Origin: Nitrosomonadales bacterium | GTDB lineage: Bacteria; Pseudomonadota; Gammaproteobacteria; Burkholderiales; Gallionellaceae | Assembly: GCA_016218445.1 (NCBI GenBank) | Contig: JACREC010000084.1 | Span: forward strand, 1-53,493 | DNA: 53,493 nt | Reading direction: 5' to 3' | Shown here: piece by piece, positions 19,634-28,833 of the stretch | Numbering within the stretch: the first letter of the stretch is position 1 | How the letters are laid out: each line of letters begins with the position of its first letter | Notes under the pieces: generated by a model | What the model was told of the DNA's origin: nothing | Seen by the model: only the letters and a program-made list of their open reading frames with translations | The model's database searches: none | Position numbers and translations under genes: made by a program

Positions 19634-21580
19634 ATGTGCGGCTTCGCGGGTATGTTGGGATCGTTTCAGCAGACGCAGGCTGACACCGCGCGAAGAATGG
19701 CCGATGCAATTGTTCATCGCGGCCCGGATGATGCCGGAGTATGGGTAAATGCTGATGCCGGGATCGCCTTGGCGCATCGTCGCCTTTCCATTCTCGATCT
19801 TTCACCGGCAGGCCATCAGCCGATGTGCTCCTCATCAGGTCGCTTCGTCATCGCTTTTAACGGCGAGATTTATAACCACTTGGAGTTGCGGAAAGAACTG
19901 GAAGTGCTGGGACGCGCCCCCAGTTGGCGCGGGCACTCCGATACCGAGACTTTGCTGGCGGGGTTTGAGGCGTGGGGTATTGAAGCCACGATCAAAAAAT
20001 CCATCGGCATGTTCGCCATTGCCTTGTGGGATCAGAAAGAGCGCACGCTGACATTGGTGCGCGACCGGATGGGTGAGAAGCCTTTGTATTTCGGCTGGCA
20101 GGGCGATGGTGAGAGGCGCAGCTTTTTGTTCGGCTCCGAACTCAAGGCGTTGAAGGCGCATCCTGCATTCTCTGCTGAGATCGATCGAGGTGCCCTTTGC
20201 TTATTGTTGCGGCACAACTACATTCCGGCACCATATTCTATTTACCAAGGCATAGCCAAGCTGGAACCGGGTCGCTTGTTGTCCGTTTCATTCGATCAAC
20301 CCGAACCCAGTGTCTGGAAATATTGGGACACGCAGGAAGTGGCGCGTGACGGAATCAAGCATCGGTTTACGGGCACACCGGATGAAGCGGTGGATGCACT
20401 GGAGCAATTAGCCAAGGATGCTGTGCGTCAACAAATGATGGCTGATGTTCCGCTGGGCGCGTTTCTTTCGGGTGGTATTGATTCCAGTACCGTGGTGGCG
20501 TTGATGCAGGCCCAATCCGCGCGACCGGTCAAGACATTCACTATCGGTTTCAATGAAAGCGGCTATAACGAAGCGGAACATGCGAAGGCTGTAGCACGTC
20601 ATCTGGATACGGAGCACACCGAACTGTATGTGACACCGCAGCAAGCGATGGAGGTGATCCCGCGTTTGCCGACGCTTTATTGCGAGCCATTTTCCGATTC
20701 ATCGCAGATCCCGACATTTCTGGTTTCGCAACTGGCTCGCCAACATGTCACGGTATCGCTTTCGGGCGATGCGGGAGATGAGTTGTTTTGCGGCTACAAC
20801 CGTTACCAGATGACTAACAGCCTGTGGCGGAAGCTGTCGGCTGTCCCGGCACCGTTGCGTGCAGTTGCAGCCAAAGGCATTACTGCAATCTCGCCGGACA
20901 AGTGGAATCGTTTGGCAAGCTTTCTTCCCGGTGCGGCACGCTATTCTTCGCTGGGTGATAAATTGCACAAGGGTGCGAGTGTGTTGGCAAGCCGCACCGT
21001 GGACGATCTCTATCTGGGCATGGTTTCACATCTGAACGATCCGGCAGAGTGGGTGATCGGCGGCAAGGAGCCTGCCACGCAGTTATCGCGTCATCGTTCA
21101 GACCTGGATGAGTTGAGCGCGGTGGAACGGATGATGGCGCTGGATGCCGTCAGCTATTTGCCGGACGATATTCTGGTCAAGGTCGATCGCGCTGCTATGG
21201 GCGTCTCGCTGGAAAGCCGTGTACCATTTCTCGATCATCGAATCGTCGAATTTGCATGGAGCTTGCCGCTCGAGTACAAACTTAGCGATGGCCAGACCAA
21301 GTGGCCGTTGCGCCAAGTGCTTTATCGTCATGTGCCGCGCGAGCTGATCGATCGTCCCAAAATGGGGTTTGGCATACCGTTACATGACTGGCTGCGCGGG
21401 CCGCTGCGCGATTGGGCGGAGGCGCTGCTGGACGAGGGGCGCTTGCAGCGTGAAGGATATTTTCACCCTGCACCGATCAGGCAAAAATGGGCTGAACATT
21501 TGAGCAGCAAACGTAATTGGGCTTATTTGCTATGGAATGTGCTGATGTTCCAGACATGGCTGGAAAGTAGCCAGACATGA
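19634..21580 (+). CDS. asparagine synthase (glutamine-hydrolysing)-family amidotransferase, WbpS-like
   Basis: MCGFAG Ntn nucleophile Cys2 and the FLSGGIDSSTVVALM PP-loop. 648 aa. It occupies the position of wbpS in O6-type clusters. Confidence 0.88.
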   Translation: MCGFAGMLGSFQQTQADTARRMADAIVHRGPDDAGVWVNADAGIALAHRRLSILDLSPAGHQPMCSSSGRFVIAFNGEIYNHLELRKELEVLGRAPSWRGHSDTETLLAGFEAWGIEATIKKSIGMFAIALWDQKERTLTLVRDRMGEKPLYFGWQGDGERRSFLFGSELKALKAHPAFSAEIDRGALCLLLRHNYIPAPYSIYQGIAKLEPGRLLSVSFDQPEPSVWKYWDTQEVARDGIKHRFTGTPDEAVDALEQLAKDAVRQQMMADVPLGAFLSGGIDSSTVVALMQAQSARPVKTFTIGFNESGYNEAEHAKAVARHLDTEHTELYVTPQQAMEVIPRLPTLYCEPFSDSSQIPTFLVSQLARQHVTVSLSGDAGDELFCGYNRYQMTNSLWRKLSAVPAPLRAVAAKGITAISPDKWNRLASFLPGAARYSSLGDKLHKGASVLASRTVDDLYLGMVSHLNDPAEWVIGGKEPATQLSRHRSDLDELSAVERMMALDAVSYLPDDILVKVDRAAMGVSLESRVPFLDHRIVEFAWSLPLEYKLSDGQTKWPLRQVLYRHVPRELIDRPKMGFGIPLHDWLRGPLRDWAEALLDEGRLQREGYFHPAPIRQKWAEHLSSKRNWAYLLWNVLMFQTWLESSQT

Positions 21581-22710
21581 GCAAGAAACTCATGTTCGTG
21601 GTGAATGTGGACTGGTTCTTCATGTCCCACCGTTTGCCTATCGCTTTGGAAGCGCAGCGGCAAGGCTATGAGGTGCACATCGCGACAGAATTAACTAATC
21701 GCAAAGAAGCGATGGAGCAATTTGGCTTGATCGTCCACCCTATTTTATTGGACCGCAGTAGTGCGAACCTGATAGATGCCATCAGAACTTTCTGGCAAAT
21801 AGTCGCTGTATTCAGGAAAGTGAAACCAGACTTGGTGCACCTGATCACCATCAAGCCGGTACTGTTGGGCGGCATCGCTGCGCGCCTTATCGGAGTTAGT
21901 GGTGTGGTTGCAGCGGTCCCGGGGTTGGGATATGTGTTTCTTGATCGCGGATGGGTGAGTAGAATACGCAGGAAGGTCGTAGCCAGTTTGTATCGCTTGG
22001 CCTTGGGGCATCGCAATTTGAAAGTGATATTTCAAAACCCTGATGATCGTGACAGTTTGATTGATCTGACAGGACTGTCCATGAATAAGGTGGAGATGAT
22101 TCGTGGATCCGGCGTTGATCTCAACGAGTTTCGCTACACGCCCTTGCCAGAGGGTACGCCAGTTGTGCTCATGGCGGCTCGCTTGATTGCCGACAAAGGA
22201 GTGCGCGAATTTGCCGAGGCGGCGCGCCTGCTACGCAAGAAGGGTAATGACGTTCGTTGCTGCATTGTGGGGAGTCCTGATCCTGCCAATCCTTCCGGTC
22301 TCTCCGAAGCAGAACTGTCTGCCTGGGAGGCTGAAGGGATCGTTGAACGATGGGGCCATCGAAATGACATGGCGAATGTGTTGAGTGCCGCACATATCGT
22401 AGTGTTGCCATCCTACAGGGAAGGATTGCCCAAGGTGTTGCTCGAAGCAGCAGCGGTCGGGCGCGCCGTGGTGACCACCGATGTGCCCGGTTGTCGTGAT
22501 GCAATCGATCCTGAGGTGACAGGAATTTTAGTTCCTTCGCGTGATGCACAAGCGCTAGCGATTGCAATTGAAGGTTTATTGAAAAATTCGCAACGCTGTA
22601 CTGCGATGGGCGTGGCAGGTAGGACGTTGGCAGAGCGGGAATTTGATATCCAACAGGTTATTGCCAAGCATATGTATTTATACCAACAGTTGATGACAGC
22701 AGGAAAATGA
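21577..22710 (+). CDS. glycosyltransferase family 4 (GT-B)
   Basis: YREGLPKVLLEAAAVGRAVVTTDVPGCRD E(x7)E motif. N-terminal domain without the GGAE motif (WbpT/U-like position). Confidence 0.82.
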   Translation: MSKKLMFVVNVDWFFMSHRLPIALEAQRQGYEVHIATELTNRKEAMEQFGLIVHPILLDRSSANLIDAIRTFWQIVAVFRKVKPDLVHLITIKPVLLGGIAARLIGVSGVVAAVPGLGYVFLDRGWVSRIRRKVVASLYRLALGHRNLKVIFQNPDDRDSLIDLTGLSMNKVEMIRGSGVDLNEFRYTPLPEGTPVVLMAARLIADKGVREFAEAARLLRKKGNDVRCCIVGSPDPANPSGLSEAELSAWEAEGIVERWGHRNDMANVLSAAHIVVLPSYREGLPKVLLEAAAVGRAVVTTDVPGCRDAIDPEVTGILVPSRDAQALAIAIEGLLKNSQRCTAMGVAGRTLAEREFDIQQVIAKHMYLYQQLMTAGK

Positions 22711-23675
22711 AATTTCTGGTAACGGGTGCAAGTGGTTTTATAGGGCAATTTCTATGCTCAGAATTGCACAATCGCGGGCAGACGGTGCGTGCGATGATGC
22801 GTTCTTTGAGAATCCCACTCAGTCATGCGGAAATCGTACTCATCGGTGAAATAAATAGTAAGACTGAGTGGTCCAATGCGCTACAGGAAATGGATGTGGT
22901 GATCCATCTTGCCGCTCGCGTGCATGTGATGCGCGACACTGCTGCTGACCAGTTGGTTGAATTTCGTAGCGTCAATACCGTGGGAACGGAACATCTCGCA
23001 CGATGCGCTGCGGCAAGCGGTGTGAAGCGCTTGGTCTATGTCAGTTCAATCAAGGTCAACGGCGAGGAAACTCATGAGGGGCAGAAATTCTCCGGGGCTG
23101 ACATGCCTGCGCCGCAGGATCCCTATGCCGTTTCAAAGTGGCAGGCCGAGCAGGCCTTGCATCGGGTAGCCAGCGAAACCGGCCTGGAAGTGGTCATCGT
23201 GCGCCCCCCGCTGGTCTACGGCCCCGGTGTGAAAGGCAACTTCTGGCAGATGCTGGACGTGGTTGCCCGGCGCGCCCCATTGCCATTCGCTTCCGTGCAT
23301 AACCGCCGCAGCCTGGTTTATGTGGGGAATCTGGTGGACGCGTTAATAACCTGCGCGGCTCATCCTGCGGCTGCCGGACAGACCTATCTGGTATGCGATG
23401 GCGAAGATGTCTCGACATCTGATTTGTTGCGACAGATGGCGGTCGCAATGAGCGTTCCTTCCCGTTTGTTTCCTTGCCCCCTGATGTTGTTGCGGTTAGC
23501 CGGCAAATTGACCGGGAAGTCGCAACAACTGGAGCGTTTGCTTGGTTCGTTGCAGGTTGATGGTGATAAAATACGCCGCGACCTCAACTGGGTGCCACCC
23601 TTCTCGCTGCAACAAGGTTTGCAGGCGACGGCGGAATGGTACCGGACCAACGGTCATGGCAACTTGCCACCCTGA
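22707..23675 (+). CDS. NAD-dependent sugar epimerase/reductase (SDR), WbpV-like
   Basis: MKFLVTGASGFIGQFL Rossmann motif and the YAVSKWQAE YxxxK motif. It precedes the wbpL and wbpM homologues. Confidence 0.85.
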   Translation: MKFLVTGASGFIGQFLCSELHNRGQTVRAMMRSLRIPLSHAEIVLIGEINSKTEWSNALQEMDVVIHLAARVHVMRDTAADQLVEFRSVNTVGTEHLARCAAASGVKRLVYVSSIKVNGEETHEGQKFSGADMPAPQDPYAVSKWQAEQALHRVASETGLEVVIVRPPLVYGPGVKGNFWQMLDVVARRAPLPFASVHNRRSLVYVGNLVDALITCAAHPAAAGQTYLVCDGEDVSTSDLLRQMAVAMSVPSRLFPCPLMLLRLAGKLTGKSQQLERLLGSLQVDGDKIRRDLNWVPPFSLQQGLQATAEWYRTNGHGNLPP

Positions 23676-23706
23676 ATGATGAAGCAGCGAATTACCATGG
23701 CCGTTT

Positions 23707-23740
23707 CCCTCTCCCCACCCTCTCCCGGAGGGCGAGGGGG
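23707..23740. repeat. family-A palindromic element (intergenic)
   Basis: ccctctcccc-a-ccctctccc-gga-gggcgaggggg lies between the epimerase gene and wbpL. Confidence 0.8.
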
Positions 23741-23777
23741 ATAATGTCTCGCTACGCAAGTTCCACGTTAAATATAC

Positions 23778-24758
23778 ATGACACATTACGCCCCGCTGAT
23801 TGCCGCACTGGTTACCATGCTGCTGACCACCATCCTGCTGTATAGCAAGGTGGGCAGGGAGATTCAGGATGTTCCCAATGAGCGTTCGTTGCATGGCGCA
23901 CCAGTCCCGCGTATCGGCGGGGTGGGGCTGATGGCGGGCATCCTGTCTGGCTGGGCGTTGATGCTGATGTCACTGGCATGGTGGGTGGTGTTGCCTTTGC
24001 TGGCATTGTTTGCTGTCTCCCTGCTCGATGACATGCGTGGCTTGCCGGTGCGCTCGCGCCTGTTGGCACACGTTGTTGCCGCCGTCATTCTGGTGTTCGG
24101 CTCCGGCATGGCGGCGCAGTCTATCCTGTTGGCCTTGATCCTGTTGCCATGCGTAGTATGGATGACCAACCTTTACAACTTCATGGATGGCTCGGATGGC
24201 CTCGCCGGGGGAATGACGTTGTTCGGCTTCACCATGTACGGTGTGGCGGCGCTGATGCATGGCGACGAGACGCAGGCCATGTTGAATTTTTCCGTTGGCG
24301 CCGCAGCACTCGGGTTTCTGTATTACAACTTCCACCCGGCCAGGGTGTTCATGGGCGATGCGGGCTCCATTCCGCTGGGCTTCCTCGTGGCAGCGATGGG
24401 GCTGTGGGGTTGGCAACAGGGGCACTGGCCCGCCTGGTTCCCGCTGCTGGTGTTTTCCCCGTTTGTAGTGGATGCAAGCATTACCCTGCTCAAGCGCAGT
24501 GTACGCGGTACAAAAATTACTGAGGCGCACCGCGAACATTATTACCAACGCCTGGTACAAATGGGCTGGGGGCACCGTAACGTTGCATTGTTTGCCTATG
24601 CGCTGATGTTTGCGGCCGGGGTTTCGGCGATATGGGGTATGCGCCAACCTGCAGGCGCACCATGGTTTCTGTTTCTGCTGTGGGGCGGCATCTACACACT
24701 GTTGATGCTGGTTCTGGACAGCCGCTGGCAAGCATTTCAGCGGGGGCAGCATGATTAA
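23778..24758 (+). CDS. wbpL: polyprenyl-phosphate HexNAc-1-phosphate transferase (WecA/MraY superfamily), WbpL-like initiating enzyme
   Basis: Polytopic membrane protein with NLYNFMDGSDGLAGG (the NxxNxxDGxDGL motif) and FMGDAGS. Confidence 0.88.
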   Translation: MTHYAPLIAALVTMLLTTILLYSKVGREIQDVPNERSLHGAPVPRIGGVGLMAGILSGWALMLMSLAWWVVLPLLALFAVSLLDDMRGLPVRSRLLAHVVAAVILVFGSGMAAQSILLALILLPCVVWMTNLYNFMDGSDGLAGGMTLFGFTMYGVAALMHGDETQAMLNFSVGAAALGFLYYNFHPARVFMGDAGSIPLGFLVAAMGLWGWQQGHWPAWFPLLVFSPFVVDASITLLKRSVRGTKITEAHREHYYQRLVQMGWGHRNVALFAYALMFAAGVSAIWGMRQPAGAPWFLFLLWGGIYTLLMLVLDSRWQAFQRGQHD

Positions 24759-24796
24759 CATGAAACTCGCGCAGCGAGTCTTTGTCCCCCTCGCCC

Positions 24797-24880
24797 GCCT
24801 GCGTGTGTTGTTGGGGCTTCAGCCCCTACAACCACGGCGTACCCTTTGCGGGTGCTGCGGGAGAGGGCTGGGGAGAGGGA
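24797..24880. repeat. partial copy of the composite-MITE module (GTTGGGGCTTCAGCCCC hairpin) fused to a family-A half element
   Basis: gcctgcgtgtgttgttggggcttcagcccctacaaccacggcgtaccctttgcgggtg closely matches 38886-38944 by eye (a few mismatches). It is followed by gcgggagagggctggggagaggga. Confidence 0.8.
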
Positions 24881-24940
24881 ACAGTCAAATGGAGTACTGT
24901 CATCATGGGTGTCACAACTGCCATGACTGTTAGGTTAAAT

Positions 24941-26767
24941 ATGCGCACCTTATTGGCGATGCTGCACGATCTGGCTGTGGCGGCATTTGCCTGGAGCTTC
25001 GCTTACCTGTTGCGTTTCAATTTCGAGCCGCCGCCCGATTTCATTGACGAGATGATCCGCACCCTGATCTGGGTAACGCCGTTGCAAGGCTTGGTCTTTT
25101 GGGGTTTCGGCCTGTATCGTGGCCTTTGGCGCTATGCCAGTGTGACCGATTTGCGCCGTATTTTTCTGGCCGTGTTGATGGCCGCCGCGCTTATTCCACT
25201 GGTGTTGTGGATGTTCCGTGTAAGCGCCGTGGTGCCGCGTTCGGTGCTGATAATCAATCCCGTGCTTTTGCTGCTCATCATGGGCGGCAGCCGCCTTGTA
25301 TACCGCTTGTGGAAGGAACAGGGCTTGTATCGCAACATCAAGCTGCATGGGGAGCCGGTGCTGGTGCTGGGGGCGGGCGACGCTGCGGTAAGCCTGTCCA
25401 AGGAACTGGCGCGTAGCCACGATTGGCGGCTGGTCGGGTTCCTTGACGATGAACCTGGCAAGCGCGGGCGTGTGTTGAACGGCATAAAGGTACTGGGCGC
25501 GCTCGACGAATTGCCGCAATGGGCGGCGCGGTTGAATGTGGCGCAGGCCATCATTGCCATGCCATCCGGCTCGCACCGGGTGCGCAGGCGCGCAATCGAA
25601 ATTTGCAACCGGGCCGGGATCAAGACGCTGACGGTGCCATCGTTCGATGACCTGTTGAGCGGGCGTGTTGCCATCTCGCAATTGCGCGCCGTGGAGCTGG
25701 ACGACCTGCTGGGGCGTGACCCGGTAACACTGGATGATGCCGGGCTGCATGAGTTGCTTACCGGAAAGGCCGTAATGGTGACCGGTGCGGGGGGTTCCAT
25801 CGGCTCCGAATTGTGCCGCCAGATTGCACGTTTCAATCCGGGTACGCTCATCTTGTTCGAGCAAAGCGAATTCGCGCTGTACACCATCGAGCAGGAACTG
25901 CGCACAACCCAGCCCGATCTGGTTTGCGAATTCCTGATCGGCGATGTGCGCGATGCATCGCGGCTGGATGAGGTGATGGGCAAGTATCGCCCGGCAGTGG
26001 TTTTTCATGCGGCTGCCTACAAGCATGTGCCACTGATGGAGCAGCATAATGCCTGGCAGGCGGTGCGCAACAATGTGCTGGGGACTTGTTGTGTGGCGCA
26101 GGCGGCACAACGGCATGGGGTGAGCAAGTTCGTGTTGATCTCGACCGACAAGGCGGTGAACCCGACCAATGTGATGGGGGCAAGCAAGCGTCTCGCCGAA
26201 ATGGTGTGTCAGGGTTTGCAACAGCCAGGCGGTACACGCTTTGTCATGGTGCGCTTCGGCAATGTGCTGGGCAGCACCGGCAGCGTGATCCCGAAATTCC
26301 GCGAGCAGATTGCCAGGGGCGGGCCGATCACCGTGACCCATCCGGACATCACCCGTTATTTCATGTCCATCCCGGAAGCCGCGCAACTGGTGTTGCAGGC
26401 CGGCCTGATGGGCAAGGGCGGGGAAATTTTCGTGCTGGACATGGGCGAACCGGTGAGGATTGTGGATCTGGCGAAGGACCTGATACATCTTTCCGGGCTG
26501 ACCGAAGACGATATCCGGATTGAATTCACCGGCCTGCGTCCGGGCGAAAAACTGTATGAAGAATTGCTTGCCGACAGCGAACACACTTTGCCTACGCCGC
26601 ATCCCAAGTTGCGCATCGCGAGGGCGCGTGAGGTGGATGCTGCCTGGCTGGAAGGCATGTTGGCATGGGTTGGCGCGCGTGCCACGCAGGGCGATGCGGA
26701 GGTGAAGCGCGCCCTGGCGCAATGGGTGCCGGAATATGTACCTGGCGTGCAGGGCGACACGGCATAG
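24941..26767 (+). CDS. wbpM: membrane-anchored UDP-GlcNAc 4,6-dehydratase (WbpM/CapD/PglF family)
   Basis: Four N-terminal TM segments, VTGAGGSIGSEL and MGASKRLAE. 608 aa from the ATG at 24941. The upstream part of ORF 24782.. is read from repeat DNA. Confidence 0.9.
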   Translation: MRTLLAMLHDLAVAAFAWSFAYLLRFNFEPPPDFIDEMIRTLIWVTPLQGLVFWGFGLYRGLWRYASVTDLRRIFLAVLMAAALIPLVLWMFRVSAVVPRSVLIINPVLLLLIMGGSRLVYRLWKEQGLYRNIKLHGEPVLVLGAGDAAVSLSKELARSHDWRLVGFLDDEPGKRGRVLNGIKVLGALDELPQWAARLNVAQAIIAMPSGSHRVRRRAIEICNRAGIKTLTVPSFDDLLSGRVAISQLRAVELDDLLGRDPVTLDDAGLHELLTGKAVMVTGAGGSIGSELCRQIARFNPGTLILFEQSEFALYTIEQELRTTQPDLVCEFLIGDVRDASRLDEVMGKYRPAVVFHAAAYKHVPLMEQHNAWQAVRNNVLGTCCVAQAAQRHGVSKFVLISTDKAVNPTNVMGASKRLAEMVCQGLQQPGGTRFVMVRFGNVLGSTGSVIPKFREQIARGGPITVTHPDITRYFMSIPEAAQLVLQAGLMGKGGEIFVLDMGEPVRIVDLAKDLIHLSGLTEDDIRIEFTGLRPGEKLYEELLADSEHTLPTPHPKLRIARAREVDAAWLEGMLAWVGARATQGDAEVKRALAQWVPEYVPGVQGDTA

Positions 26768-26771
26768 TGTC

Positions 26772-28028
26772 ATGCCGAATTTTCTGGTTTCGTCTTCCCG
26801 CTGGTTGACCATTGTACTGGCATTCGTCATTGCGTTTCCGGTGGCGCTGAACAATCTGTTACTGGCGCTGTTCCTGCTGGTGGCATTGCCTCTGTATGGT
26901 GGCAAGGCGTGGGGGACAATAAAAAATAATGCAGTAGTTCGATCAGCAATCATGCTGTTTGCTTTGCTGCTGCTTGGGACCGCGTATGGAGCGACACCAT
27001 TCGGAGATGCAGTGGGAATGCTGGGTAAGTATGCGGATCTGGCGGTGATCCCGTTATTTGTACTGGCGTTGCGCGAAGAAAAAACCCGCCGCCGGTCTTT
27101 GCTGGCATTCCTTGCCAGCATGGTTTTGATAGCGGTCGTTTCATGGCTGATCGGTCTTCACGTCATTCCGACCAGCGAATGGGTAGTAAAAAATATTCTT
27201 AGCACTTCGTCGACAGCGGAGAATCCCAGCATATTTCATAGCCACATCACACAAGGCATGCTGATGGCCTATGCGGCTTATTTGTTTGCGCTGTATCTGC
27301 GCGACGCAACCGATTTACGCAGGCGCATTTTATTTTCCGGACTTACCCTCCTGACTGCAGGCAATGTGCTGCTTATGATCAAGGGACGCACCGGTTACGT
27401 GGTGCTGCTGGCACTGCTGGCGTGGCTGGGCTGGATATGGCTAAGGGCGCGGTTGTCGCGCCAAGGCAAAGTATTGACCTGGCGACATGGGATAATCGCA
27501 ATATTGCTGCCAGCCATACTATCAGTGGCTGCCTATCTTGCGGTACCGCGTGTACATGAACGGGTGCAGGAGTCGGTTGCGGAATACCAGGTGTGGAAGC
27601 CGCACGCACACAAGGAACCCAACTCTATTGGAGATCGGCTGGAGTTTTACTACAACTCTTTCGCTATCGTTATGCGCCATCCGTTTGCCGGGGTAGGCAC
27701 GGGGGGTTTCGAAGCCGCATATGAACAGCAGGTGCGTGGCATGGGGATAGTGGTGACGAATAACCCGCACAGCGAATACTTGCTGATTACGATACAGGTC
27801 GGTGCATTTGGCTTTGTTTTGCTGCTGTACCTGTTCTATAGCCAGTGGCGCAATGCGGCAAATTTGCCCACATCCTTTGAACAGGATGCCGCACGCGGAC
27901 TGGTGATAACCATCGCGCTGAGCTGTCTGTTCAACTCGAACCTGCGGGATCATGTACCTGGAATGTTTTTCGCCTTCATGAGCGCACTGCTGTTTGCCAA
28001 CCTTAATACGGGTAAACGCGATGCCTGA
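26772..28028 (+). CDS. O-antigen ligase / Wzy_C-domain family membrane protein (WaaL or Wzy)
   Basis: About 10 TM segments with a large periplasmic loop carrying HPFAGVGTGGFEAAY...NPHSEYLLITIQVGAFG, the Wzy_C-type H...H/E pattern. Confidence 0.75.
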   Translation: MPNFLVSSSRWLTIVLAFVIAFPVALNNLLLALFLLVALPLYGGKAWGTIKNNAVVRSAIMLFALLLLGTAYGATPFGDAVGMLGKYADLAVIPLFVLALREEKTRRRSLLAFLASMVLIAVVSWLIGLHVIPTSEWVVKNILSTSSTAENPSIFHSHITQGMLMAYAAYLFALYLRDATDLRRRILFSGLTLLTAGNVLLMIKGRTGYVVLLALLAWLGWIWLRARLSRQGKVLTWRHGIIAILLPAILSVAAYLAVPRVHERVQESVAEYQVWKPHAHKEPNSIGDRLEFYYNSFAIVMRHPFAGVGTGGFEAAYEQQVRGMGIVVTNNPHSEYLLITIQVGAFGFVLLLYLFYSQWRNAANLPTSFEQDAARGLVITIALSCLFNSNLRDHVPGMFFAFMSALLFANLNTGKRDA

Positions 28029-28833
28029 TAGAACTACTAGCCATTCGACTAAGCGAGCAAACAACGCTCGCCAAGTCGCTGGTTATAGCCTGTCCGTCAT
28101 CATCATCACCAAGAACGAAGCGGACAGCATCCGCGCCTGCCTTGAATCGGTGGCGTGGGCGGATGAAATCATCGTGGTGGATTCCGCAAGCCGGGATGAC
28201 ACGGCTGCCATCAGCCGCGAATTCACCCCGCATGTCCACGTGCACAACGACTGGCCGGGTTTCGGTGTGCAGAAGAATCGTGCGTTGGGCTATGCCAGCA
28301 AGGATTGGGTGTTGTCGCTGGATGCGGATGAGCGCGTTACGCCGGAATTGCGTAGCGAAATCGAAGCGGTGCTAAGCGCTACAAATGCCGTTGCTGCCTA
28401 CCGCATTCCCCGCTTGTCCAGCTATTGCGGGAGGTTCATGCGCCATTCCGGCTGGTACCCGGATCTGCTGCCGCGCCTGTTCCGGCGGGGCAAGGCGCGT
28501 TTCAGCGAAGACCTGGTGCATGAGCGCCTGCTCGTTGAAGGCAATATGGGAGAGTTACACGGCATGTTGCTGCATTACGCCTTCGACGATCTCGAAGAAG
28601 TGCTGCACAAGGTAAACCAGTATTCTTCCGCAGGCGCGCAGATGCTGCACCGGCGCGGCAGGAAGGCGACACTGACGGGCGCGGTGCTGCGCGGTTTGTG
28701 GAGCTTCGTGCGCACTTATTTCCTGCGCGCCGGATTCCTTGATGGGCGCGAAGGCTTCATGCTCGCGGTTTCCAACGCGGAAGGCACCTACTACCGCTAC
28801 CTCAAGCTGATGCTGTTGAACCAAGAGAAATAA
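28021..28833 (+). CDS. glycosyltransferase family 2 (LPS core type, KdtX/WaaE-like)
   Basis: LSVIIITKNEADSIRACLESVAWADEIIVVDSASRDDT and LDADERV (DxD). The only in-frame start I see upstream of the conserved LSVIIITKNE domain is the ATG at 28021, so residues 5-23 are read from a family-B repeat unit. Confidence 0.85.
   Translation: MPDRTTSHSTKRANNARQVAGYSLSVIIITKNEADSIRACLESVAWADEIIVVDSASRDDTAAISREFTPHVHVHNDWPGFGVQKNRALGYASKDWVLSLDADERVTPELRSEIEAVLSATNAVAAYRIPRLSSYCGRFMRHSGWYPDLLPRLFRRGKARFSEDLVHERLLVEGNMGELHGMLLHYAFDDLEEVLHKVNQYSSAGAQMLHRRGRKATLTGAVLRGLWSFVRTYFLRAGFLDGREGFMLAVSNAEGTYYRYLKLMLLNQEK
28033..28088 (+). repeat. single family-B hairpin unit
   Basis: aactactagccattcgactaaGCGAGCaaacaacGCTCGCcaagtcgctggttatag has a perfect 6 bp inner stem. 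Confidence 0.85.

Noticed and set aside
24950-27121. 723 aa minus-strand ORF, and similar long antisense ORFs (3115..4296, 28797..29615, 30886..31791, 37565..38800, 42911..43894, 45054..46061, 51552..53267, 7320..8078)
   Set aside because: Each lies opposite a gene with strong family motifs (wbpM, tolC, GT2, MT, MBOAT, adenosine kinase, gcvPB, accC, waaA). Their Arg/Ala/Gly/His-rich, motif-free translations are typical GC-rich antisense artefacts.
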